Shown in pieces: positions 1 to 12,293 of a stretch of 64,000 nucleotides of DNA. How positions within the stretch are numbered: position 1 is the stretch's first letter; every line of letters starts with the position of its first letter. Both the position numbers and the translations under genes were made by a program. The notes below the pieces were generated by a model that did no database searches, was not told where the DNA came from, and saw only the letters and a program-made list of their open reading frames with translations. Location: assembly GCF_018350175.1 (NCBI RefSeq), contig NC_058373.1, positions 113,462,001-113,526,000 of the forward strand. Direction: 5' to 3'. The stretch comes from Felis catus (lineage: Eukaryota).

Positions 1-53
1 CTAAGCCAAAGCCGAAGTTGGATGCTTAACCAACTGAGCCACCCAGGCACCCC
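1..53 (-). mobile_element. CAN-SINE 5' end (cut by window edge)
   Basis: reverse complement of ggggtgcctgggtggctcagttggttaagc. Confidence 0.85.
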
Positions 54-315
54 AATACCCATTTTAATGCAAGCATCTCTAATACTCATGCTGAGAAACA
101 ATGTGCCCAATTGGCCTTTATTGTCCCCAGTTGCTTCCTCTGTTCAAATCCTTCCCGAACTCTGAAGCAGCCATGACTTGTTTCCCTGGGGGCTTTTATA
201 GTGTTCAGCACGAGAGCTTATCTTGAGGGTGTCAAGTTGTGTTAAGTCTGAACTAAGCACCAGAGCCCAAGTAACAGAGATGTCTATACATTCAGAAATA
301 AATTTACTGCTTTTT

Positions 316-548
316 AAAAATTTTATTATTATTTTTTTAATGTTTATTTATTTTTGAGAGACAGAGAGAGACAGAGCACAAGTGGGGAAGGAGCAGAGAG
401 AGAGGGAGAGACAGAATCCAAAGCAGGTTCCAGGCTCTGAGCTGTCAGCACAGAGCCTGACGAGGGGCTTCAACTCATGAACCGCGAGATTAAGACCTGA
501 GCCGAAGTTGGTGCTTATGCTTAACTGACTGAGCCACCCAGGCGCCCC
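316..548 (-). mobile_element. CAN-SINE (SINEC) with 17-bp TSD
   Basis: tRNA-derived head, (GA)n, T-tail; ataaatttactgctttt at 298-314 and 549-565. Confidence 0.93.
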
Positions 549-1880
549 ATAAATTTACTGCTTTTATGTGCGTTTTTGTGAAATGTAGGGCTTTTAAAAG
601 TGCGTGACTGAGAAGAAGCCCTTCTTGCCGGGGTCTAAGGGCACTACTGTTCACATAGCTCTGAGATGGGCACTGGCAGTCCAGCTCTGGGAATTCTCAA
701 AAAAGAGGCCCCTTTCATATGCCAGGGCCCCTGTCTACCATAGAGGTTTAATTTCAATCTGGCATGAAAGAAAGATCGAGTGTTTACTGAACATATGAGA
801 CGTTTGCCTCATAAAGTGTTTGAGAGAGTGTGATCAGACAGGACGTAACTAACTCAGATAGCGTCGTGATACTGTAGGAGGGTAATCATCGTGGGTGCCT
901 ATGGGTTGCCCAAAGCACCAGTGTTTCAAAGTGTGCTGTATGTCCATGCAGATTCAGTTTCTTGACTTCCTCAGCTCTGATCTTTTCCACTCCTCTTTAG
1001 TCTCCCTTTCTCATGACAAGGACCACACCTGGACACCTTGTCAACACATGAACTTGCCGCTCCTCTGATAGGTTACCTTCCAACATCCCAACCACAACTT
1101 CCTTCTCCAGTTCCCCTTGCCAATTCCCCTGTCCCATTATCACACCAATCTGGCAAAAGCCAAGCCTGGAAGAATCCAACTCTCCAATTTCTATATGCTA
1201 CTGGAGGACATCACTCAACCTGGCAGGACCACCAGATCATCAATTGCTGGTCATCAGTGCCAGCTGACTTCAGTGCTACCTGATCACTTGTTCCCCCACA
1301 GTAAAGGATGGATCCATGGAAGCTTAGACAACTTGTGGGACCACCTTCAAGAAGAGAATACAAAATTACAGACACAAAATTTGGTACAAAAATGGATGTT
1401 GATTTAGAATGAGAAAAAAAGGGAAAAAAACCCCAACAAACCCAAACCATGAGCCACGGGAATTTAAGGTCCTCTGAGATCTCTTTAGGCAATTTACTAG
1501 CAATACTCGCATAAAAATGCTAACAGAAACCTGTCCCTCTACCCCCTAGCCCACAATACAACTCTCAGTGACTCCTTTACTCACAGAGGCCCACATAAGC
1601 TTCAAAAACGTCACAGTATACTGCCTCTGAGCTTACAACACACACATAGTTCATGTCTTCTCTAACTTCTCAAGTTACTCAACCCACCAGCAAACCTGAG
1701 CTCTTAACAGGTGATTTTTCCTCTGACTTCATAGAGAACATGGAAGCCATTAGTCATAAACTCCCTCCTTCTGCTACCAAACCAGCAAACTTATCTGTAT
1801 CCCACTCATATTTTTTTCCTTTCCACCTTCTACAGCAGAAGAGGTGTCTCTCCATCCATTTAAAAATCTTCATATTGTGA

Positions 1881-2082
1881 TTTTTAAAAAATTTTATTTG
1901 AGAGCAAAGAGAGCATTCGAGTGAGCAGAGGAGGAGCAGAGAGAGAGAGAGAGGGAGAGAGAGAGACTCTTAAGCAGGCTCCACGCTCAGCATGGTGCCC
2001 GATGTGGGGTTTGATCTCATGACCCTGGGATCATGACCTGAGCTAAAATCAGACTCAATCAACTGAGCCACCCAGGCGACCT
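1881..2082 (-). mobile_element. CAN-SINE, older
   Basis: SINEC head and (GA)n region. Confidence 0.85.
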
Positions 2083-3788
2083 GTGAATTTTTCTTAACAG
2101 TTGTCTCCTAGTTTATCAAAGATAGAGTTTCTGTTTGGAAGTATGTTTGTTTACAGTTTGTTTCTCCTTGGCTCTTTGGAGGTGGTTTTCAAGAGTAAAA
2201 AGAGCCATGTGGAAACTGGAAGTCAACACTTACTTCCTTGACTTCTATAACCTCCATTCTCCTGGTTTTCCTCTGGGATCTCTTGCCCAGTTGCTCCTCC
2301 TTTGTCTGCCTCTTAGATCATAAAGTTCCTTAGGCCACCATCAGATCATTCATTTATTTATATATATTTTTAATGTTTATTTACTTGTTTTTGAGGTATT
2401 TGAGGTATTTATTTTTGAGGTAAGTGTCTAAATGTTTGAATGAGGAGGGTGAATAGTCAATACAGAGAAACCCTGAGGTTGCTAACCTCGGCAGCATGCG
2501 TAACGGTAATAACAGTAATACCAATATTCATCAAAGGAGGAAGATCAGGTTTGTAGGTGGAATAGAATGTGTTCCATTTTGGACTTGATATTTTTAGTTA
2601 CAGGTTAGCCACGTGGGTGACTTCAAGAAGCAATCAAAAGGGAGGTGTGATATGGAAAGGAGTTAAGAGGGACAAATTTGGTTTAGAACTCAGCCAACCA
2701 AGATGACTGCTGAAGTTATGGGATGGTATGGGAGAGTATTAAATGTCAAGAGAGAATGGATAGAACTTTGAAGAATTTTAGCCTTTAAGTGGCATGAAGA
2801 GGAAGTATAGCCCGAGAAGCAAGTAATTTGTAGAGGAAATGGCACTTAAAATGAGCCTGAAGAAAGGGTTTTGATAATGGCAGACCAGAGACTGGTAGGT
2901 GGTGAAAGAAATAACAACATGAAGAAATGGAACAGGAAAGGATTCCACCGGAGAAGCCTTTTGGTAATCACATGTGGAATGAATTTGTTGTAAAAGAACT
3001 GGAAGTTTTAATGGGTCAGTCAACATTATTACTGTAGAAGAGAGGATGATGACCAAGAAAAGGCCATAACCTTTGGGTTATGTGACTATTGATATTTGGT
3101 TGCTTGGGTATGAAGAGAGTCTAATAGCATTTGACCTGCTTTGTTTAAGCTCCAGCCAAAGATATCTGGTAACTCTGGAGTGTCTCAGGTTTCTAAACAT
3201 AGTCCGTGGTCCCATATCCTAGATTTAGATTGGGTGTTCTAATTATCTGTGTTGTGACACATCTTTGTGCCATGTCCATAACAGATAATTTTCAGGTCCA
3301 CTTTCATCAGTTTTTATTTGTTGTGTTTGCTTCTGAAGTTGCTGTTGTTGTTTTTCTTTAAAGAGAAATTCGAGGAGATAAGTTTCTGGAGAAAGGAGAT
3401 AACGGCAGCAACGTTAAAGTCCATGGCTCAAGCATTATACTGCAAACACACGCTCTAAGAGGATGGCAAGAAAACAAGCTAAATTTGAGTTCTACTTTCT
3501 GCAAAGACCCTATGCTTGGTTTTGAAGATTCATGATTTGGTTGACATTAAAAAGACACACACAATTTGAAAAATGACGAATAGCTTTAAAAAACTTTTCA
3601 GAGTACCAAATTTTTCATTTACCAGACTGGCAAAGAGCTACAAAGTTTGGGATCTACTGAGACAAGGGTGTGAGAAAGCAGGCTCTGTCCTATATACTGC
3701 TGGTGGGAGAGTTTAATTGGTATGATCTCTTTGGAAGACAGCCGGCAATATCTGCCAAATGCACATATCCTCTGACCTAGGCTATTCT

Positions 3789-3824
3789 TTTTCTTTTTTA
3801 TATATTTTAAAATGTTTATTTATT

Positions 3825-3862
<38 letters not shown>

Positions 3863-4030
3863 CGTGAGTGGGAGAGGGGCAGAGAGACAAGGAGACACAG
3901 AATCAGAAACAGGCTCCAGGCTCTGACCTGTCAGTACAGAGCCCAACGTGGGGGCTCCAACTCAAAAGCTATGAGATCATGACCTAAGCTGAGGTCAGAT
4001 GCCTAAGTGACTGAGCCACCCAGGCACCCC
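3789..4030 (-). mobile_element. CAN-SINE inserted in an old L1-like fragment
   Basis: Degenerate TSD tgacctaggctattct 3773-3788 / tgacccagggtattct 4031-4046. Confidence 0.9.
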
Positions 4031-4593
4031 TGACCCAGGGTATTCTGGACGAGATAATTCACTGCAGCATAATTTGTAGTGGTGAAATATGGCAATGACC
4101 TAAAATACCCAACAGACAATGGTTAAATAATTATGGCATATCTTTATATGGCTATGGAATACTTTAGTCATTGCTGTTTGTTTATGCAATAAAATAGCTC
4201 TGGAACTATACATTAGAAACTGGTAACAATGATGGCCTCTGGGAAGGCACTGGGCTGAGGGGCCAGGAATGGGAGGGACTTTTCACTTACCATTTATACC
4301 TGATGAATGTATAACCTATTTCTACCTACAAATCCAACTGAAGGAAGAAAGTTTTCTGGTGGTAGAGAGTACACTCACAGTTTTGAACACATTGGAAACT
4401 TGAGATAAATTCTAACCAAAGAGTCATTAGTTATGATGGGAATCATTTTGAGAAAGTTCAAGAATTGAAGGCCATCTGAGCTTCCCCACCCACGTTTTCT
4501 TTTCACACACAACACAAAGCAAAAAGGAAGGGAAGGGTAAGAGCGAGACATCACAAAACAGTCATGAAGGCAAGAAACTGGTAGGACAGACAC

Positions 4594-4599
4594 TTTATT
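4594..4599 (-). terminator. Distal polyadenylation signal AATAAA
   Basis: tttatt on +; the + strand A/CA-rich stretch at ~4505-4560 gives a GU/U-rich downstream element on -. Confidence 0.7.
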
Positions 4600-5250
4600 G
4601 TGGCTTGCTTGTAGTAAAACATTCAACCCTTCAACATGTACTTTTTTTTCCCTGGAGACCACAGCGTGATGCTCAAAGGCCTTTAGCGTCATCTTATGTC
4701 AGTCTAGTCAATGGTTACCTATTTTATAGTTCAACTAATTAGAGGAAAAAGTCAGAAAAATCTGGTTTTAACATCCCAAATTAAGGGCTGCAAGATTTGC
4801 AACCCATTCATATAAAGTGCTTATGTTCAGTGCAAAGAGGGCAGACTTAGAAGGACAAGCGGATGCCAGGGAATGATGTTTCCTGGAAGACAGATGCATT
4901 GTATGACTCGAAGAAGGAAAAGCCACTTGACTTGTTAAACCTCCCCCAAAAGAGATCTAATATTTTCTTTGAAGCTTCTCTTCTCTACAGGACCAAAACT
5001 TTGAATCTGACAGATGCCCATGATGGTTATTTTTTTACTACCAAAAAACCTGGTTCAGAAAGTAATCCACAGGGTCTAAGCACCAGAGATACTGACTTTG
5101 GCTTCCAGTTCCTGTTTGTTTCAGTAGCAGATGTGAGATCAACAGACTGAGCTCTGGCTGGTGGGAGGATCAGAGCTGCAGCTTTTTCTTAGGGCCCTCA
5201 CTTGCAAATCCAAGTCATTGAGTACAACAGACCCTTTTAAAACCATGTCT

Positions 5251-5495
5251 GGGGGTGCCTGGGTGGCTCAGTTGGTTGAGTGTCCGACTTCGGCTCAGGT
5301 TATGATCTCACGGTCTGAAAGCTCGAGCCCCGGGTTGGGCTCTGTGCTGACAGCTCAGAGCCTGGAGCCTGCTTCTGATTCTCTGTCTTCCTCTCTCTCT
5401 GCCCCTCCCCCACTCATGCGCACGCACGCGCGATCTCTCTCTCTCTCTCTCCCTCTCTCTCTCTCTGAAAAATAAAATAAAACATTAAAAAAAAA
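5251..5495 (+). mobile_element. CAN-SINE in the ZFYVE26 3' UTR (antisense in the mRNA)
   Basis: ggggtgcctgggtggctcag head, (CT)n, A tail; degenerate TSD aaaaccatgtctgg/aaaatcatatctgg. Confidence 0.92.
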
Positions 5496-6117
5496 TCATA
5501 TCTGGTGTGGGAACACAAGCCAGTGCATATTAAAGGAGTACTTCACCTGGTTTTCCATCAACTGGACAGGACCATTTCATCATCCCCTTGTTCTGACTCT
5601 TGTCTGCAGGCCCAAACCCTGATTCCCTCTGTGAAGACAGAGAAGTGTACTGCCTTCTCAATGACCCTAGGCCTCTGTGTATTCACCCTGTGGTCCTGAT
5701 GAGACTGTAGAGAAGCAGGACAGAAGAGGAAATGGATTCCTGACCATTTTAAGGAGCACAAACAGGCTGTTAACTCAAACAGGTAGTCTAGCCATTTTAG
5801 GGCTAGGATCTTGGCTACCATTTCTCTCCCCAGACTCTCTAAGAGGGAGCCACATTCTCTCTTTCCTGCAGGGATAGTCACAAAAGCCAGCTCTGTGCTT
5901 GTAAGCAAGCCCCCTGCATTCTTTTTGGAGAGGCTCCCCTTTCTTTCCCCACAGCATGAATGCAATGGTGCCCCTCTGCTGGTGAGTGGGGCTCTGGCCC
6001 CCTCACCGTCTGCACCCACAGCTTTCAGACGCCAGCACCTGAGGACGCTTCTGTTCAGACTACCTTCCAGAGACTCATGGTTACTCCTTGTGCTTGTGAG
6101 AGGGCACACTCGGAAGT

Positions 6118-6123
6118 TTTATT
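6118..6123 (-). terminator. Possible proximal polyadenylation signal AATAAA
   Basis: tttatt on +, ~550 nt after the stop codon; downstream element weak. Confidence 0.35.
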
Positions 6124-6674
6124 CCACAGGTAGCACTTGCCCCTCGCCATCTCTGAATGTTGGGGAGAGAAGGAAGAAAAGAGGCAATCCTTTTGGTGCT
6201 GCTCTATAATTCTCTGTAAAACCCTTCTAGTTCTGAGGAGCCATTGAGCATCTCCACACGGAGGGAACTGTGTACAAAGAGGGTGACCCGGGTTAAGAAC
6301 CAAAACGCAGGGAAGGTGTGCAGACTGGCAGAAGTCTAAAGTAAAGTGCCTCTTTTTGGTGGGGGAAAGTTCTGTTTGTTCAGAAATGCTTAGGCGTAAA
6401 CATGAGTGCACAGAAGTGTGCACACACACTTACTCACGCTGAGGTAGAAAGAACTGGCCATCTCCGGACGAACACGTAGATCCCACAGTTTGACAGAAAC
6501 ATGGCACTTGCGTGGCGTGAAAGGTCCTATCCTTGCCCAAGGTGGCAAGTAGGGTCCGATCCAGCTCTTTCCGACCTGGGGCAGAGCCGGGGAAGTCCCA
6601 CTGCACAGGAGGGGAGAGGTAGAGATCATCTCCATCTCTCCTATTCTATAGTAGTCAGGCCTCGCTGCACACGG

Positions 6675-6878
6675 TCACTTTCTGGAGCCCGAGCTGTGGG
6701 TGCTCCGGGTGTGGCTCGTCAGAAGCCACTGGGTGCAGATGTCTTGCACTACTGCATCCCCACTGCTCCTGGCAGCCTGCTGCACCTGCTGGACAAGGGC
6801 TGCAGCCCGTGAGTGTTCTTGCTTCACGGCAACCAAGTAGGCAGAACGCAGTTTGCAACATGTCAGGTAGGCCTGAAC
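6675..6878 (-). CDS. ZFYVE26: ZFYVE26 exon 42 coding part (204 nt): VQAYLTCCKLRSAYLVAVK...SGSRK*
   Basis: cag acceptor; TGA at 6675-6677. Confidence 0.94.
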   Translation of the reverse strand, partial: VQAYLTCCKLRSAYLVAVKQEHSRAAALVQQVQQAARSSGDAVVQDICTQWLLTSHTRSTHSSGSRK

Positions 6879-7259
6879 CTGGCAATTGGGCATAAGAGAC
6901 AGCCAAGAGGAAACCATCACCAATGCTGAAGCGACACACACACAGCTGTGTCAGAGAGCTTGGCAGACGAGAGCACTTCTCACCTACCAAATTAAAGATT
7001 GGGTTCTTGTCTTTCATTACATCGTAGCAACTCTTTAAATATTCCGGATGTTAACCTATTACACTGTTATTTTATAATTATTACAAGTAACCTAAAAATT
7101 TCAAAAAGAAGAAAAGCAGGCAGGCAGGCAGAATCTGGTCTCTGTCTCTTCCTTCTGAGGCCCTCCTCCTCACTATCCTGGGCTCTCCAGCTTCCTGCTA
7201 GCTTCAGCGTCAGCACTGGGTCAGCACTGTCATTGACAAGTTATGATTTGATAGTTGTT

Positions 7260-7430
7260 TGGGTGATTATCTGATGTCTGTTTCCTTGACTAGATTGTAA
7301 GCCCCATGAGGCCAGGAATAGTGTCTGCCTTTTCTACTTCTTGTACTCCTGGTGCCTAGCACATGGCCTGGCATTGGCAGGTGTTCAATAAACATGCATT
7401 AAGTGAATGATTGAATGAATGAATGAATGA
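7260..7430 (+). mobile_element. L2 3'-end relic
   Basis: gtgcctagcacatggcctggca...caataaa...(gaat)n terminus. Confidence 0.7.
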
Positions 7431-7545
7431 GCCATCATATCTCTCTCTTAACGATGGGCACAAAGATTCTTCCTTCACTATTTTTTTGGTTTCAACCTGC
7501 TGAATTTAAAATCTTGTAATAGGAAGTTCAGGGATGAACCCGTAT

Positions 7546-7614
<69 letters not shown>
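7546..7614. repeat. (CA)n microsatellite, ~34 units with one interruption
   Basis: seen directly. Confidence 0.97.
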
Positions 7615-7618
<4 letters not shown>

Positions 7619-8681
7619 TAGGAAAGGGCTAATTAAGGGATAATCTCACACTGACTTGACTTTTGCTGTTTGGATCAGAAGCGTCTCAATTTCAGGTGTG
7701 AGGGGTAGTCTCTCCTGCACTCTGGAGACCCTCCATCTCACAAATCCCCAGCTTAATGGAGACTAGAGCCCACACCTTCCCAGGCCCCGAGCTCACCAGC
7801 ACATCCCTGGTTTGCCAGTGTGCTATGCCAGCCAATAGCAAGGCCCTAACGAGTTGCCTCAGCTTTTACTAACAGCTGACTTTTTGCTGTAACAGTCCCT
7901 CTTGGTGGTTGGAGGGGACTCTTCTCTCTTCATATTTCACCTTCCATCTTTTTTGTCTCGGTCACTGAAGTCTTTCTATCTTTCTATCTGAAGCTCAGCT
8001 ATAGATAATTTGCTAAAGCTAGAAGATGTCCAATATTCTCTAGGCTCACAAGTGATCATGATCAAGTCCTGCTGTTTGGGTATCTACCTGCTACCCCATG
8101 ATGTTCACTCTCACCCAGGCCTTTGGCTCTACTTAGCACCTATGTATGTTAAACACAGTATCATAAGTTGTCAGGCAACATTCATACCTATAGGAAGAGG
8201 GCATTTTTGCCAGACAGTCTGGAATAGGAACTGAATAAGGCTGGTTTTTGCCAAGACCTTAGCCTAAGATCACTTAAGTGCATTAGAATAAGTGCTAAGA
8301 AAAAAAAAAAAAACCCTGAAAAAGAACAACTGCCTAGATTTTAATGCATGTCTTTCCCAGGGCAAAGCCTCTGTCCTGCTGAGGGGGAGGCTCACTGAAG
8401 GCTTGGAAAAGGTCTGCAGTCTGGGGATCAGGGAACCGGGGTATCTGGCCTGGCTGCTGGATTCTCATTATGATTCTGAAATAGTAATTCTCCACAATTC
8501 AGAATATCAGAATCCTATCCTATATGAGGTCATCTGGATGTTGCATGCATAAATGAAGAAATGCTAAGAACGTAGTCTTCCTAATCCCTCAGCTGAAGAA
8601 GGCCTGGTAAATTCAGTACAGGGACTAGCAAAACTGCCATGGGAAGCAGTTCTGTGGTTGTATAAGAAGCCATGTGCCTGA

Positions 8682-8806
8682 GGGGTGCATGGGTGGCTCA
8701 GTCGGTTGGACATTCAGCTGAGGTCTCATGACTAGTGAGTTTGAGCCATGTGTTTTAGCCTGCTTAGGATTCTGTGTCTCTGTCTCTGCCCCTCCCCCAC
8801 TCAAAC

Positions 8807-8860
<54 letters not shown>

Positions 8861-8896
8861 AAAAATAAACATTTAAAAAAATTAAAGGAAAAAAAA
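8682..8896 (+). mobile_element. CAN-SINE with (TCTG)n/(CT)n
   Basis: TSD aagccatgtgcctga on both sides. Confidence 0.88.
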
Positions 8897-9593
8897 GCCA
8901 TGTGCCTGACATTAGTTTTCTTCACAAGGGACTCAGCTGCCAGATTTTCCCACTGCTAGTGGCCAGGGCAGTCTGGCTTGGTTTTCCTATGCCTCTCCTG
9001 GCCTGTGGGACTTCCTCTGGATGGCAGACGGATTAGATTAGCCTGTAGTTAGGCACAAATAGGAGTAGTTGGGAGCACTTCTATGCTGGTTGGCACTCCT
9101 TGCAAAAGCACTGATTTCCTACTCAACAGGGAAGAGATCACTGACCTCAGGGAAATGGCCTGTTCTGGAGAAGGAGACACTAGTGGATATCTGTTGGTCA
9201 AGGGTTGGGTGGGGTGTCCTTCTTACTGTACAGGGTACCCTTTTCCCTCCAGGATAAATAAATGTCTGCCCACTTTGAGAACCTCATTCAGTCAACCTGA
9301 AGACTGATATGAAGGATTTCCTAGGACTCTCTCAGAAAAGCTCTGCATATAAAATGGAGATTCAACAGTAGCCTAGGACATGTTTGTCTTGGGGATAAAG
9401 AAATGGGAAGGAAAGGCCCACAGAATCAATGTGCGTTCTCCCTCAGTTTTCTCCCTTCTGCACCTCCATCTGGGCCTCAGCTCTATCTCTGGATAACAAA
9501 GAAGCTGAGGTACAGGTTTTGTGGGGAGCAAGGGACAAAGGTGAAAAGGTGCTATTCAGGAGCAACACCAGGTTTGGAGAAAATTCTGCTCAC

Positions 9594-9638
9594 CTTGTTG
9601 TCATCACTGTGTATTGCCTGGATCAGGACCTCCAGCTC
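9594..9638 (-). CDS. ZFYVE26: ZFYVE26 exon 41 (45 nt): ELEVLIQAIHSDDNK
   Basis: cag/gtgagc boundaries, phase 0-0; read by hand. Confidence 0.9.
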
Positions 9639-9760
9639 CTGTGCAGAACAGAAATAGCAGTTGTGAGAGGAAGAAGAGTCCCCAGCATGGGAGCTGAGGC
9701 TCAATCCAGTCTTAGCCTGGTCATTCTGATTCTTGTTAAACTCTACTACTTCTTCTTCTT

Positions 9761-9882
9761 CTTTTTTTTTTTTTAAGATTTCATTTTGTAAGTAATCTCT
9801 ACACCCAATGTAAGGCTTGAACTTCTTACATCCTCAAGATCAAGAGTCGCGTGCTCCACTGGCTGAGGCAGCCAGGCATCCC
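9761..9882 (-). mobile_element. Short old CAN-SINE
   Basis: T-tail then gtaatctctacacccaa...gccaggcatccc. Confidence 0.75.
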
Positions 9883-10213
9883 TTAAACTCAACTTCTGCT
9901 ATTAGGGCACCAAAGGAAAGCTAGGGATAACACTAAGCTGGGGAATTTGAGGAGAAAGAACAGCTCCCAAAAGGCCTGTTCTTGGCCTTCATGAATGGAT
10001 GTGGCTTTGTTAACTCCACAAAGAAGCCAGAGGGGGGCAATTTCATAGGCAACATGCTTCAAAGGCCATCTACAGACTCACCCTGACCTCCTCTACAATC
10101 ACAGGGAGAAGCTCAAATTGGTCGTCCACAGACATTTCCAGGTGTTGCAAATATTAGACAATAGATATTGAGGGACACCTTCCAGGTATAGAGAATATCA
10201 AGAATTTTCTTTT

Positions 10214-10279
10214 CAGGGAAAGGCTGATTAGGGTGAGGCCACTATTCCAGGGAAGGGCTGATTAGGGTGAGGCCATTAC
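10214..10279. repeat. 34-bp tandem duplication (2 copies)
   Basis: cagggaaRggctgattagggtgaggcca at 10214 and 10248. Confidence 0.9.
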
Positions 10280-10417
10280 AGAGGAGTCAGAAACATGAAG
10301 GGATCTTACAGAGTTTCAGTACATTATGAGTACATTACGGGGAACAGAAAAATAAAGAAAGGGATATGAAGACACTGAAACAGATAGAGGGGCAAAGAGG
10401 TATAGAAGCGAGCGCAC

Positions 10418-10600
10418 CTGGGGTGGAATTCTCTTGAATGCTTCCAAGCAGTTGAGGAGGATGGTGTCCCCATCACTTTTGGCCGCCATGCCTGACTCAC
10501 TGACACACTTGAGCAGCTGTTGGATTTCACTGTATTTCTCCCTCTCCACCAGCTGCCGGGCAGCTCTGCAGTAGGTCGCTGCAGCATCCAGCTGGAAGTC
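10418..10600 (-). CDS. ZFYVE26: ZFYVE26 exon 40 (183 nt): DFQLDAAATYCRAARQLVE...KRIPPQ
   Basis: tag/gtgcgc boundaries. Confidence 0.93.
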
Positions 10601-11799
10601 CTAGAACAGAACACGGAATGATGGCCTTAGGGTAGCAGAGGACATCAGCAAGGGGAAGGAAGGCAATATTTAAAAAGCTCCCACTATGCTTGGTGTAGAA
10701 AGCCATACTGATCGTAGTCATGACAAAAAAAAAAATCACGTAACAAACAAACAAACAAAAACAAGCAAAAAGTTCCTCTTTGGAATTAGGCAGACATTTA
10801 GAAACAACTATAAAAATCATAACCTTGATATCTAAAATAGTATATTTAACTTGCTGCCTGCCACTTTCTGAAAACATTCTAATCCAATTTCCCAGTTCGT
10901 TCTTTCTCTAATAAGCCACCTTTCTCTTAGGAAAGGGATGTTGGGGGTTAGTATTTGCTGCCGTGGACACTTGGTGCTCTATCGAGAGATGCCTCAGTGT
11001 TTGGAAACAGACCAGTTCACCAAAGGACTGATTTGCTGGAAACTACCAGATAAACCCTTTAAGTCAGGTCGTGGTCTAGGAAAATCCTCACCAGAGTCTG
11101 GGAGGAGCTGCAGCCCTGCCTGCCCGCCAGGGGTAGCTGCATGTGCAGAGACTTTTCCAACACTGAAATATGTGGAAAAGAAAGGAACCGGTCCGATCAT
11201 TCATGAAGCCACTGATCCTTGAGACACACAGTGTGCTCCTCCCACCCCAGAGAGTGACGGTCCTTAGGGTGTCTGCATGAAACTGTGTGGTGGGGGTGGT
11301 CTGTAGAAACTCTGCCCCTGTGGTTTCAGTGCCTGCCCCAGACTCTCTCGAGCGCCGCAGCTGCACCTGTGTCTTCTCACCACAAACAACAGGAAAGGTA
11401 CTCCTTGAGCCAGCACCTGGGCAGATGGAGTGTGGAGGGGCAGTCCTTGCTGTCTGCGGCTCTTCCTGTTGCACAGGACCATCTCCCCCCACCTGCCACA
11501 TCCTTCAGCCATGCTCCCTTCAGAGCACAAGCTGGGGCTGCGCAGGGGAACAGCTGTGAGGAGCTGTTCTAGACCTGATAGCTTTTGATGAATCTGTCCT
11601 TGGTTACTTGGCTTTTGGCAATGTGTCCTAGAATCTTGAATGTGACTCTGCTCTGTGGTAACCACCTCAACTACATTCATGACGTATATGTAAATCTGCT
11701 TTATCTTGGGATAAAAGTTTTCTGAAGAACAATCTCTCATGGAACTGTGGTCAGGTGCTGACTGCTCTCAGAATAAGTCTTGAGTGATTCAAGACATAC

Positions 11800-11859
11800 C
11801 TGCAGAACACGGAATGCAATTCCAAAACCATCTTCCACATTTTTCCCTCCTAGCATGAC
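11800..11859 (-). CDS. ZFYVE26: ZFYVE26 exon 39 (60 nt): VMLGGKNVEDGFGIAFRVLQ
   Basis: ttcag/gtatgt boundaries. Confidence 0.93.
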
Positions 11860-12151
11860 CTGAAAAGGAGAGGGAAGTGTGTATAAAGAAGCAATAATTA
11901 CTGGAGTAGCCCCTCTATCAAGAATAAGGGGCCTCATTTATTCAACAAATATTTGTTGAGACTCTACCAAGCACCAGGCACTAGGGATACAAGAGTAATC
12001 AAAATGGATTTGATCTCCAGCCTTCTGTGGCTCATGTCTTAGTGGGAAGGCAGCCATCAAACAAACAACTGAAATACAACTAGATGATGACAATTGTGAT
12101 AAGCTTCTGAAAGAGAATAGTCTGTGAGAGGTCTGAAACATTCGTAGGTAC

Positions 12152-12293
12152 CTTGCAGGCAACATCCATTTTCATGTGGTTATTTCCAAAGAGGGTTGGC
12201 AGAGGCAAGGTGGTGATTTGAGAGGTCCCAGCACTTTCACACCGATGTAAGAACCTGGTCACTTCCATCTGCAGCTGAAGTGTGTTCATGTGC
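12152..12293 (-). CDS. ZFYVE26: ZFYVE26 exon 38 (142 nt): HMNTLQLQMEVTRFLHRCE...DVACK
   Basis: tag/gtacct boundaries. Confidence 0.93.

Larger units (their letters stand above)
4580..6674 (-). other. ZFYVE26: ZFYVE26 3' UTR (approximate end)
   Basis: Runs from the stop codon to AATAAA at 4594-4599, with U/GU-rich sequence beyond; the end is inferred. Confidence 0.7.

Noticed and set aside
1290..1530. Possible DNA transposon relic and 96-aa ORF
   Set aside because: I could not identify terminal inverted repeats or a family with confidence; it needs a Dfam search.
1..4500. Exons of the expected downstream neighbour (RDH12 in human synteny, from memory)
   Set aside because: No short-chain dehydrogenase-like coding sequence is visible; the region is mostly SINE and old repeat debris.
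5251..5330. tRNA gene calls at SINE heads
   Set aside because: The A/B-box-like heads are tRNA-derived parts of CAN-SINEs followed by a CT region and A tail, not stand-alone tRNAs.
5558..6209. 183-aa (-) and 132-aa (+) ORFs in the 3' UTR
   Set aside because: No recognisable domain or splice structure; lengths are compatible with chance ORFs in a moderately GC-rich UTR.
11088..11740. Cluster of overlapping 90-158 aa ORFs in intron 39
   Set aside because: A locally GC-richer intron segment; no homology recognised, and exons 39 and 40 join in frame without it.
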